Made by a program: the position numbers and the translations under genes. Shown here one piece after another: positions 18,582 through 26,876 of a stretch of DNA of 64,000 nt (the first letter of the stretch is position 1; each line of letters starts with the position of its first letter). Under the pieces are notes generated by a model. The model was not told where the DNA came from and did no database searches. It worked only from the letters and a program-made list of their open reading frames with translations. This DNA is from a virus (taxonomy: Duplodnaviria; Caudoviricetes). The stretch lies in the IMG/VR virus record IMGVR_UViG_3300014204_000015, positions 9,386 through 73,385 of that record. The stretch is one strand, 5' to 3'.

Positions 18582-19689
18582 TCTTGACCTCCCACTTAGC
18601 TTGACGACGGGTAATCCATTGACGGCAAGCCATTCGCCAATCACTCGCGTGAATGGACTCTACCCACTTGAGAGCCTCTTGATAGCTCCGCTCCTTGTGA
18701 GCTCGAAAAGCCAAGGCCATCGGAAGGGCTACGTTGGGAAAGAACGGATTGCTCCAAACAGTAGGGAGTAAGTCGTTCAAACCGTTCCCGTAGCCTAGAT
18801 GAACAAACATATTGCATTCGACGTCAAAGCGGTCAGGGTCAAGCACCATCGGGTAGGGGTAAACATTGTCGCGGTACTCTCGATTGTAAGTAGCTTCTAG
18901 CCACTTCGCTGGTGTCCACCGTTCCGTGTAAACGTGAAGGTTGTTCGTGAATTGGTAGTATCTCCCGACGGATACCCCAATTCGGGCTGCGAGATACTCC
19001 TGGAGAACGGAGAAGTGAACGACGTTTGCCCCAAGCATCCCCCAGATCATGTCATTGGATCGGTTACACACCGTCATGTCGAGAAACTTGGTGTAGACGG
19101 CCGTGCCTTGTTCTGAGAATCCGTCGGGCTCTATGGTGAGGGCCTCTCTAATGGCGAAGTAGGCCTGTGTATTACATGGCACATCCTTCCCGCCGTTGAC
19201 GGCTTTGTAGGGGTCGCTCCAATTGGATCCATTAGTAAGCAGGCCAGGGTGAGGAGGTTCTACAGTAGCATCCCACATCTGGAGCACTACCCGTCGGCTA
19301 GTTGGGGTTTTCTTGAGTTCCTCTACGATAGCATCGAGTTGATCGTAGCCGAACCACTTGCGCCAACGGTAGCCGTAGGCTCCGTGGAACACTTCTTGGT
19401 CGTCGCTGAACTCCGTCATCTTGGAGTTATACCAAGCCAGAGGGGTCACATCTCGACGGCCTGCGAGCATCCAGAGGGCTTCGTACAGGTGGAAGAACGG
19501 GTTGCAGTCCCGGGCTTCATTGAACAAAACCCGCTCACACGGATTCCGGTAGGTGACCAAAACCGGCTCGGTGATCTGAATCACATCCCCGTATCGGCTT
19601 GGTGTTTTCCGGGTAGGGAGGAGGCCGTTGTGAAGGTCTTTAACAAGGCCATAGAATGCGTCATTCACGTTCCGATAAGAGGCTTCCAT
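18574..19689 (-). CDS. Thymidylate-synthase-family enzyme, probable dUMP hydroxymethylase
   Basis: YGYRW, RRVVLQMWD, DVPCN, RSNDMIWGMLGANVVHF (Asn kept, consistent with dUMP specificity), NNLHVY; gene neighbourhood. Confidence 0.85.
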   Translation of the reverse strand: MEASYRNVNDAFYGLVKDLHNGLLPTRKTPSRYGDVIQITEPVLVTYRNPCERVLFNEARDCNPFFHLYEALWMLAGRRDVTPLAWYNSKMTEFSDDQEVFHGAYGYRWRKWFGYDQLDAIVEELKKTPTSRRVVLQMWDATVEPPHPGLLTNGSNWSDPYKAVNGGKDVPCNTQAYFAIREALTIEPDGFSEQGTAVYTKFLDMTVCNRSNDMIWGMLGANVVHFSVLQEYLAARIGVSVGRYYQFTNNLHVYTERWTPAKWLEATYNREYRDNVYPYPMVLDPDRFDVECNMFVHLGYGNGLNDLLPTVWSNPFFPNVALPMALAFRAHKERSYQEALKWVESIHASDWRMACRQWITRRQAKWEVKNA

Positions 19690-19785
19690 TGAGATTCTCC
19701 GAAAATAGTTGCCGACGTAAAGTGTTGCCGTATACCCTATTATAAATACCCCGGAAAATTCTTGAAAATTTTCCCAATCTCCCTC

Positions 19786-19814
19786 TTGACTTTAGCCGAT
19801 ACCTGGTATAGATT
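19786..19814 (+). promoter_or_regulatory. Sigma70-type promoter of the histone-like gene
   Basis: TTGACT-N17-TAGATT. Confidence 0.65.
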
Positions 19815-19867
19815 AGTCGTAGCGGTTGGGGAGGCCCCGACCGAAGAAACCTTTTAGGAGCGAAACG

Positions 19868-20341
19868 ATGAAAGCTGTTGAGACCACCGACGTAGCCGAA
19901 ACCGAAGTTGCCGCCCCCAAGGCCCCCAAGGCCAAGAAGGCTTCCGCCCAAAAGGCCATGGCCGACGCTGCGAAGGCCGCGAAGGCGAAGGCAGCGAAGA
20001 AGGCCCCGGTCAAGAAGGCTCCCGCTGCGAAGGCCGAGAAGGTTCCCGCCGCGAAGAAAGACGGGTTGCGCAAGCCGCAACTCCGCATCCTCCAGGCTCT
20101 CGCCTCTACCAAAGCCGTCGGCATGACCCGGGGCGAGATTGCCGCGAAGGCCCCGGTTGACGTAGCCGGTTGCACCGAGTGGATCGGCTCCAGCGATGCG
20201 GCGAAGAGGGCCGCGAACGACGCCAAGCACTTCCCGTCCCTGATCACGCTCGGTTTCGTCAAGTTGGGTACTCCTGCCGAGGGCGGGGCCGACTACTACT
20301 CCATCACCGCTGCCGGCCGCAAAGAGGCCGCGAAGGGCTAA
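19868..20341 (+). CDS. Lys/Ala-rich histone-H1-like DNA-binding protein with C-terminal globular domain
   Basis: KAPKAKKASAQKA...KKAPVKKAPAAK; AGGAGCGAA RBS; the only plus-strand gene in this operon. Confidence 0.75.
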   Translation: MKAVETTDVAETEVAAPKAPKAKKASAQKAMADAAKAAKAKAAKKAPVKKAPAAKAEKVPAAKKDGLRKPQLRILQALASTKAVGMTRGEIAAKAPVDVAGCTEWIGSSDAAKRAANDAKHFPSLITLGFVKLGTPAEGGADYYSITAAGRKEAAKG

Positions 20342-20367
20342 CCCGCCGCCGTCAATCCCGTCTCCCT

Positions 20368-20392
20368 AGAGCCGCTCAATGCGGCTCTTTTC
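20368..20392 (+). terminator. Intrinsic terminator
   Basis: AGAGCCGC-TCAAT-GCGGCTCT followed by a T run, between convergent genes. Confidence 0.7.
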
Positions 20393-20933
20393 GTTGGTAG
20401 ATGGCCGTAGAGGCCGCGTGGTGCTCTCGGGCCCACCCAGCTAGCCGGTAGCCCTCTACGTCGAACTCATCCCAATAGGCATTCAAATCGGGTTCTTCTA
20501 GGCCGTAGCTCCGATAATTCAAGTGTAGCTTCGAGCAAGCTACGTCGGTGAAGATCAACCACTGGCATTTGACAATCGCTAGGGCCTCTTCCAATTCCTT
20601 CCGCTTGAGGGTAGTCAGTGTGTTGAAATCGGCTACCAATAGGTCAACCCGGTAGCCCCGCTTACTCCCATCGAACATCCCACAATACACATTCGTCAGC
20701 GAGTCCCGGAAGGCCGTGTTGTACGTCGATGGATCGGCTTCGTAGCCCGTGATCGCAACCTTGGGGTATCTCCTCCGTAGCTCTTTGGCCCATCCACCTA
20801 GGCCGTAGCGGATGTCTAGAACCGTCTTGGGAGTCTTCGGCAGTAACTCCAAGCAGCCAGCGAAGGCCTTAACATTCTTCGCTAGGTCTTTGCTTCGGAT
20901 GAGTATGGCGGGGGTGCTTGAATTCATGGTCAT
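20376..20933 (-). CDS. Class I SAM-dependent methyltransferase-like protein
   Basis: VLDIRYGLGGWA (motif I-like), ITGYEAD (motif II), VDLLVADF. Confidence 0.6.
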   Translation of the reverse strand: MTMNSSTPAILIRSKDLAKNVKAFAGCLELLPKTPKTVLDIRYGLGGWAKELRRRYPKVAITGYEADPSTYNTAFRDSLTNVYCGMFDGSKRGYRVDLLVADFNTLTTLKRKELEEALAIVKCQWLIFTDVACSKLHLNYRSYGLEEPDLNAYWDEFDVEGYRLAGWAREHHAASTAIYQRKEPH

Positions 20934-20937
20934 GAGT

Positions 20938-21768
20938 TTACCCTATGTTCCAGAAGAGGGTTGCGCCTTTCCATTCTCGACGGCTACGTAGCCACCATTG
21001 AAAGGCTTTGAGGTCGTAATATTCGTTGCAAGGCCAAGGGGGTTTCTCGGCTCCCTTGGCTTTGTCTTTGTAGCTATACTTCTCGTCAACTACGGCTACA
21101 AATAAGCCACTTATCCCCGTCTTATCTCGCAGGTACCTTAACACCTGATCATGAGAGCGGGAGTAACCTAGGTGGATGATAAACGTAGGCCGTACTATCC
21201 AAGGGTACTTAGCCAAAAAACCAGCGATAACTCCCGCCGCAATCGTGCCACTACTGGCCGGGATAATCACTTGATCGAACCGTCGGCTAGCCGGTACTTC
21301 CTTGGCTGTCTCAACTACCGACTCCTCCAGCTTGAGGGCGTTAGGCATCATGTAGCCACCCAACTCCTCCATACGCTTCTTAGCGGCGTGGTAAAGAATA
21401 CAGGACCGCCCAGCCGGAAGTCCTGCCAGCTCGGCCCCTAGGCTCTGAGCCTTTAGTTGAGGTTCCCTCATGGCCCAATCGTGCTTGTAGACCGGGTAAA
21501 AGTCGATGCACTTCTTCCCGAGAATCTGGCAGGCTCGGGCTACGGCCCACCCGGCTTGGCTATGGTACGTGTCGAGGGCCCCGATAATCCTTTCGGGCCG
21601 AGACTTGACCCGGGCGTACACTCCCCGGGTCTTACTGAACGGAGGGCCGGGGAACGGGCAGGCTAAGTCTTCTCGCTTCACCCAAAGACCGTACTCCTCC
21701 CGGTAATCCTCCACGGGGGTACCTTCCCGGAGCATGCCTTCGGCTACGATCCGCCCTAATTTGCTCAC
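20938..21768 (-). CDS. PLP-dependent enzyme (fold type II), thymidine-hypermodification decarboxylase-like
   Basis: WVKREDL...FSKTRG (Schiff-base Lys), IIPASSGTIAAGV, TLFWNIG. Confidence 0.8.
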   Translation of the reverse strand: MSKLGRIVAEGMLREGTPVEDYREEYGLWVKREDLACPFPGPPFSKTRGVYARVKSRPERIIGALDTYHSQAGWAVARACQILGKKCIDFYPVYKHDWAMREPQLKAQSLGAELAGLPAGRSCILYHAAKKRMEELGGYMMPNALKLEESVVETAKEVPASRRFDQVIIPASSGTIAAGVIAGFLAKYPWIVRPTFIIHLGYSRSHDQVLRYLRDKTGISGLFVAVVDEKYSYKDKAKGAEKPPWPCNEYYDLKAFQWWLRSRREWKGATLFWNIG

Positions 21769-22587
21769 CTACACACCTCCCTTCACGTTCTGAAGCCCCC
21801 GAAGCACCGCCCTAGTAACCGGGCAGCCTTCGTAGCGGCGCAATCCTAGGCCTATCTCGTGCGTATCCTTGCCGAGAGGGTAGTGCCCCCCTAGGTGAGA
21901 CTTCCACTTGCAGAATATCGTCTCCGTCTCTTGGACATTCAGAGGCCGGTCATAGAGCGGGGGAGCCCGCCGCTTACCCATCGCCCGAAGAACGAATTGG
22001 TGGGCTAACGTCATACGGTTTAGGGGTGACTCGATGAAGGGTATGAGCCGATATTGTTCGCAAGTAGCCATAGCCCCTTTCTTGGAGCTATCGAACATAT
22101 GTACCAGCTCATCTTCGGTGAACTCGACGAAGGCTATCCCTAGCCGGTCAATCATATCGGGCACTTTCCACTTGACCCATTCCCCGAAGCCGTAGAGGTT
22201 CTTCACTCTAGCCATCATAACCGCAGCCGTCGGCTTACCATCCAAGAGGTAATCCATCAACTGAGTAGGCTCGGGAAAGGTAGCCCGCAACCGTCGAATC
22301 GACTCGATGGCTAGGGCCCCTCGGAAGTGCCGACGTTCTGTCCCTCGGGGGTAGTCAGTACCGCCTAGGGCTATGGTAGTCATCGTGGACCAGAACTTCT
22401 TCGGGCCCTTACCCACTATCCAACAAGCTAGTCCTGCGTGGTAGTAGCACCAATAGGCTATCAGCCAACGGATAAGGGTAGGCCGGTCCATACCCGAATG
22501 AAGCAGGGCTACGTACAACGGGTCAAGGTCTTCAGAGTCAAGTAGCTTCCGCCCAAACTCGACAATACCCATCGGTTCAAATACCAC
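21769..22587 (-). CDS. Amino acid:DNA transferase (aG/PT-pyrophosphorylase family)
   Basis: DLDPLY...WLIAYWCYYHAG...RGTERRHFRG...GFGEWVKWKVPDM...ETIFCKWKSH. Confidence 0.8.
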   Translation of the reverse strand: MVFEPMGIVEFGRKLLDSEDLDPLYVALLHSGMDRPTLIRWLIAYWCYYHAGLACWIVGKGPKKFWSTMTTIALGGTDYPRGTERRHFRGALAIESIRRLRATFPEPTQLMDYLLDGKPTAAVMMARVKNLYGFGEWVKWKVPDMIDRLGIAFVEFTEDELVHMFDSSKKGAMATCEQYRLIPFIESPLNRMTLAHQFVLRAMGKRRAPPLYDRPLNVQETETIFCKWKSHLGGHYPLGKDTHEIGLGLRRYEGCPVTRAVLRGLQNVKGGV

Positions 22588-24901
22588 GGAACATCTCCTT
22601 GCGGAAGTCGGCCATGGTGAGGGCTCGGGCCTCTCCCGCGAGAGTATCCCCGCAGCGTGGCTGCCCGCCGTTCTCTGACGCGCAATAGAGGCATCCTGAC
22701 GGTGGGCAAGAGGATAGGGGCCTGAACCGTTTACCGGAGCGTATGTACACCGGGACGGCGTGCCCGTGGCATTGAGCGGAGGTCGTAACCTCCCGGCCGA
22801 TACTCACACCGGTTTTGTCGATGATCTCCCCGGCTTCGTTTCGCTCATAACGGTACTCATAACAGACCGAGTAGGTCAAGCCTAGCCGCTTGGCTTCGGC
22901 TGCGTAGAGGTCGTGAGCCTGTAGCCGGTACTCCTCCACGATGGTTCGTTGTCCACCAATGTTTTCCTGGAAGAGAGAAGCGAAGGCCAAGCCACGATCA
23001 CCGAACCGCTTGATCATTCTCTCGACCATCGCGGGGGCCCAAGAGTAACCGGCCTCAACAAACTTCACGATGACGTGGTCGGCTCCAGCCTTCCGTAGCC
23101 GTCGGAACAACTCGATGATCTGCTCGTTGCTGGTTACCCCTGCGACAACCGGATTGACTTGGATTGAGACGTAGATGCCATGCTTCTTGAGCCGTCGAAT
23201 ATCTGCGAAGTGACCTTCCAAGTCCATCGCCCCGGGGGATAGCTTCTGCCAATCCTCCTGCGACGGTGTGTTGATAGACTTCTGCGCGTAGCTATGGGGG
23301 TTCTTCTTCAAGAGGTCGATAGCCCAAGCAGGGTATTTCAACCGGCTGAGGAAGAAGATAGGCAACCCAACCTCAACGCACGCCTCCGCAGCCGACTGGC
23401 TATTGTGATAAATCTCCTCCAGGGGCAAGAATGGGTCCGTGAATGATGAGAAGTAGACCGCCGCCCCTCGCTGGACCGTAGCCAACATCCCTCGCACCTG
23501 CTCCCCGTAATTCATCGGGACGGTAATGAGGCCAGTCCCACGGTACCCGCGAAACCCCGAGTTCACGTAGCAATTGTGGACTAAGATACCTTGATGGTAG
23601 AAATTACCCGTTTCCGTTTCGATGTCGTAGACCCGAACTTTGCCTTGAACTCGGGTGATTTTCTCGACATAAGGATACCTAATCTTTCTAGGGTCTTTTG
23701 ATCGAATACGATTATTCGATAGCCTAAACTCCTGGCCAGTCGAATTTTCTCGCGGTCTGCTTCGGAAAAATACCCCTTGACTTCTACGTAAGCCCCGTGG
23801 GGTTGTAGTTTGAAATCTGGTAAGTAGGCCGAACCATTCGGCAACGAAATAGCCAAGGGCTCGTAATCCCAATCGTACCCAGCTTTCTCGAAGTATTGGG
23901 CTGTCAATACTTCCCAAGTTGACCTCATGCGAAATGTTCGGCCCTTGCGGTCGGTGAAAGCTTGACGCTTGGATAGTCGAAACCCCGATATCCCGTTGCG
24001 GACAGCTTCGGCTCTTGCCAATCGAAAAGCCGGCGATTTCGGACCCTTGGCCCGCTGAGACATACTGTCTCGATGGGCTAGGGCGTGAGCACTCATCCTG
24101 GCCCGCGTCACCGCCGATTTGGGTTTGCCTTTGAGAACTGAAGATTTTCCCCGACATAATTTGCCGTTCGCAGACCGTACTTTCAGCAAGCAAGAGTCGC
24201 ACACTAGCCGATTCTGAGGGATTGTGTTTTGGCAATCTCGACATTGAGGCATCTTCTAACTCCTCGCCATATTGTAAACTTTCAGCCGAAACCCAGCCCC
24301 GGCTTCTTGAATATACTGGGTGATCTCCCGTCATTTGTAACTCTCGGCCGTCGGATAAGGTAATGACTACTAGTCCTTCAGGTTTCCAGTGACTACTAGT
24401 ACCTAATACCCTAACCGCTCTTCTATCTTCAATGGTACGTCCGTAGACCCAATCACCTACCTGAAATTGATCAATAGGCTTTGGTCCACTAGGGGTATCT
24501 ACCATCCCCCCTTTTGGCAAAGAAAAGGCGCAGCCAACCATACACCAGCCACCGTAAGGCTCAGTCAATATCGCTTCGGTGAAACAGGGACGGGGCCGTG
24601 TACCCTTCGGCTCGTGGAGGCCTTTGTACCAACCCTGAAGTGGCTTGGCCTTCTCGATGCGCGTATGCGGGTAGGGCTCCAGGTAGGCCTTGACAACCTT
24701 GCGGTTCTCCTCCTTGGCGTTACGGGTCATCCCAATCTTGAGGCTACGCACCTTCACCTTCCGGCCAAACACCTCATCGTACTCTAGCCGAATTGGGCCG
24801 AGATTCTCGCGGGGCTCGGGCCGCATGAAGAAATTATAGTTGGTAGCCGCTGTGTTGTCGTCGTCTCCGACGGTCTGAATCGTAATCCAACTCTGAGACA
24901 T
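22577..24901 (-). CDS. Radical SAM enzyme with an intein in the CxxxCxxC motif
   Basis: EPYGGWCMVGCAF-[intein]-CYVN; start placed at MSQSW with RBS GGAGG. Confidence 0.85.
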   Translation of the reverse strand: MSQSWITIQTVGDDDNTAATNYNFFMRPEPRENLGPIRLEYDEVFGRKVKVRSLKIGMTRNAKEENRKVVKAYLEPYPHTRIEKAKPLQGWYKGLHEPKGTRPRPCFTEAILTEPYGGWCMVGCAFSLPKGGMVDTPSGPKPIDQFQVGDWVYGRTIEDRRAVRVLGTSSHWKPEGLVVITLSDGRELQMTGDHPVYSRSRGWVSAESLQYGEELEDASMSRLPKHNPSESASVRLLLAESTVCERQIMSGKIFSSQRQTQIGGDAGQDECSRPSPSRQYVSAGQGSEIAGFSIGKSRSCPQRDIGVSTIQASSFHRPQGPNISHEVNLGSIDSPILRESWVRLGLRALGYFVAEWFGLLTRFQTTTPRGLRRSQGVFFRSRPRENSTGQEFRLSNNRIRSKDPRKIRYPYVEKITRVQGKVRVYDIETETGNFYHQGILVHNCYVNSGFRGYRGTGLITVPMNYGEQVRGMLATVQRGAAVYFSSFTDPFLPLEEIYHNSQSAAEACVEVGLPIFFLSRLKYPAWAIDLLKKNPHSYAQKSINTPSQEDWQKLSPGAMDLEGHFADIRRLKKHGIYVSIQVNPVVAGVTSNEQIIELFRRLRKAGADHVIVKFVEAGYSWAPAMVERMIKRFGDRGLAFASLFQENIGGQRTIVEEYRLQAHDLYAAEAKRLGLTYSVCYEYRYERNEAGEIIDKTGVSIGREVTTSAQCHGHAVPVYIRSGKRFRPLSSCPPSGCLYCASENGGQPRCGDTLAGEARALTMADFRKEMFRGI
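23573..24523 (-). mobile_element. Intein, 317 aa
   Basis: N-terminus SLPKGGMVDTPSG, block B TGDHPVY, C-terminus VYDIETETGNFYHQGILVHN followed by +1 Cys. Confidence 0.9.
23581..24252 (-). CDS. NUMOD3-like + PD-(D/E)XK endonuclease encoded out of frame inside the intein
   Basis: MRSTWE...YEP...YLPDF...VEVKG; GAGGAG 7 nt upstream of ATG; N-terminal CxxC...CxxC. Confidence 0.8.
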   Translation of the reverse strand: MPQCRDCQNTIPQNRLVCDSCLLKVRSANGKLCRGKSSVLKGKPKSAVTRARMSAHALAHRDSMSQRAKGPKSPAFRLARAEAVRNGISGFRLSKRQAFTDRKGRTFRMRSTWEVLTAQYFEKAGYDWDYEPLAISLPNGSAYLPDFKLQPHGAYVEVKGYFSEADREKIRLARSLGYRIIVFDQKTLERLGILMSRKSPEFKAKFGSTTSKRKRVISTIKVS

Positions 24902-24909
24902 AGCACCTC

Positions 24910-25446
24910 CTACGCGTGCAGCTGTAGTAACTTGAGAATAGTCCCGGGAGCCTGACGGGCACTTACCCGTCGGCAATCGACTCCCAGAGCTAACAATTTT
25001 ACCCGCGAACGCTCGATGACCGCTACCCGGTTCCGAGTATTCGCTTCATTGAGGGGCTTTTCGTTGCCGGCTTCCTCCCGACGTTTCTTGATCTGAGCAA
25101 TACACTGCTCGACGGGCGTAGTCAAGTACAGTACGTGAACGTCGTCCAACTGGGAGGTCCACTTCACATCTTCGGAGAGCAGTAGCCCTTCGCAGAGGAT
25201 ATGAGAGCATTGAGGCAATACCATTTGGATTACCTCAAAGACCTGACGAGCACTACCGATGTTATCACATCCTCCACAGGTAGCCTCATAGTGACCTAGA
25301 ACAGTTGTCATCCCGTAGTGATACCATAATGGATTCTTCCTACCTCGGGTGAAAACCTCTAGGGTACGTTCTCCCAGGGCCCTCATCACCTCCCGCATCA
25401 CCCAGGTCTTACCTGAGCCGCTGGTTCCGCGTACTTGGACAATCAT
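24910..25446 (-). CDS. P-loop nucleotide kinase of base-hypermodification clusters
   Basis: MIVQVRGTSGSGKT, ILCEGLL; RBS GGAGG before ATG 25446. Confidence 0.8.
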   Translation of the reverse strand: MIVQVRGTSGSGKTWVMREVMRALGERTLEVFTRGRKNPLWYHYGMTTVLGHYEATCGGCDNIGSARQVFEVIQMVLPQCSHILCEGLLLSEDVKWTSQLDDVHVLYLTTPVEQCIAQIKKRREEAGNEKPLNEANTRNRVAVIERSRVKLLALGVDCRRVSARQAPGTILKLLQLHA

Positions 25447-25463
25447 AGGTTCCTCCAATGAAA

Positions 25464-25702
25464 GGTGGAGAGTCGGCATACTCGTTCTCGGTTACAACAT
25501 GACGGTCGCCAGCTCTCCGCCATCATTTCTAGTAAAGGTGGAGGACGGCATACCCCTAATCGGTTACATTTGGGCATTCGCCGGTCCTCCACTATTGTAT
25601 TAAGCTATCCATTCCCGGGGTCGGTTACAAGGAAAGAATCAGATAGCTATTGATTTGGGCCTAGTAAATTCATACTCGGTTACATGCGGGTTCTCACTAG
25701 GC
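25464..25702 (-). ncRNA. TIGR-like stem-loop guide array, downstream block (4 units)
   Basis: Four units stem-YGA-N9-TGTAACCGA-N9-TG/TA-stem; loop repeats at 25488, 25560, 25621, 25676. Confidence 0.85.
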
Positions 25703-26635
25703 TTTGTACGGTTGGAATGGAGTATTAGTCCATTCGAGCCAGAGGTTCTTGAGGATTAACTTGGTAGCGAGCAACATCCCATGCTTGTGGGCGTGGCCGC
25801 ATTTCTCCCCGATACCTCCGCACGTTAGGCATTTCTTCTTGGCATGGTTCTTACCCTTACATTTGTCGCAGGGCTTCCACTCCCACTCTGGGTGAGTCTG
25901 CCGGGCTCGAATCTTCGCTTCAAGCCAACGGCTACGGTAGATGCCAGAACCGTTCTGCTTGATAAGGTTCTCCCCGATGATGTAGGACACGCTACGTCGG
26001 CGGGGAGGATAACCAAAGTTGGTCCAATCTTCGGCCGTTAGCTTCTGGAGGCCCTTCTTGTTACCTGCTCGGCTTTTCCAAGAGGCCCCCATCAGGGTTT
26101 CCTCCCCCTTCGTAAATGGAGCACACCCTAGCCGTTTCCAAACCTTCGCGGGATTGGGGTAGTTATTCAAGTCACCCGTCTCCCCAATAATGACGGCTAG
26201 GGACATCAGGCCGAATCCGGCTTGATTGGGCTCAGCTACCCAAGAGGCCACCGGAAGAGTCTTGACCAGGGCTAGCATTTCCTTCTCAAAGATATCCTGT
26301 TGGGTATCGTAGCCATCGACGGCTATGTTAGTCGTGAGGATGATGCTTCGTAGAGGATGCTGTTCCCCGTCAATAACCCCCTTAATTATTCCGGTGGCCT
26401 CCTTGAACAGCTTGAGGCGGTCTGCCTCCTTGAGCCCGCTACTATAGCCGAGAGTCCCAGCCACGGTAGCTTGGAGCCGATTGGCTATCATGATTCGGCT
26501 CTTGATGACCCACGCCCTCTGCCGTTGGAGGGCTTGTAGTTCCGCCGACACCTCAGCTACGTTACATTCGCTCCTTCGGTTACAATATGGAACTCGTTTA
26601 GCTGAGGATGTCGGCTTCTGTTTCTTCTTAGCCAT
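25697..26635 (-). CDS. tasA: Nop/IS110-C-terminal-domain protein without a nuclease domain (TasA-like)
   Basis: Coiled coil LQALQRQRAWVIKSRIMIANRL; GFGLMSLAVIIGETGDLNNYPNPAKVWKRLGCAP; GHAHKHG...KLILKNLWLEW; flanked by the arrays. Confidence 0.75.
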   Translation of the reverse strand: MAKKKQKPTSSAKRVPYCNRRSECNVAEVSAELQALQRQRAWVIKSRIMIANRLQATVAGTLGYSSGLKEADRLKLFKEATGIIKGVIDGEQHPLRSIILTTNIAVDGYDTQQDIFEKEMLALVKTLPVASWVAEPNQAGFGLMSLAVIIGETGDLNNYPNPAKVWKRLGCAPFTKGEETLMGASWKSRAGNKKGLQKLTAEDWTNFGYPPRRRSVSYIIGENLIKQNGSGIYRSRWLEAKIRARQTHPEWEWKPCDKCKGKNHAKKKCLTCGGIGEKCGHAHKHGMLLATKLILKNLWLEWTNTPFQPYKA

Positions 26636-26867
26636 TTGACTCTCCTAGTTAGAAAATACTAGCAGTACCTCGATCGGTTACAAAGACCTTATCGCTAGTA
26701 GTTGTTTTGGGCTACCCAACGTTCTATTCGGTTACACGCAGTTTATCAGGTAGCAGTAGTTTGATGCGCCACGGGCATCCTCGGTTGCAAGACGATATTC
26801 GGCGCATGATGTTTTGAAAGCCTACCCAATGCCCATGATCGGTTACACCTCTTCGCTCAGGTAGGCT
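26551..26867 (-). ncRNA. TIGR-like stem-loop guide array, upstream block (5 units, one inside the Tas CDS)
   Basis: Loop repeats at 26576, 26674, 26728, 26781 (TGCAACCGA variant), 26839; each unit closed by its own inverted repeat. Confidence 0.85.
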
Positions 26868-26876
26868 AATGGATTG

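Noticed and set aside
19060-19068. Eleventh TCGGTTACA copy as an orphan guide unit
   Set aside because: It encodes the conserved CNRSND motif of the TS homolog, has no closing stem, and the spacing does not fit.
25697-26635. IS110-family transposase / insertion sequence
   Set aside because: Only the C-terminal Nop-like part is present; there is no N-terminal RuvC-like DEDD domain, and the flanks are dual-spacer units rather than IS ends.
25464-26867. CRISPR array
   Set aside because: The constant repeat is only 9 nt, spacers are 9 nt and paired, stems vary between units, and no cas genes are present.
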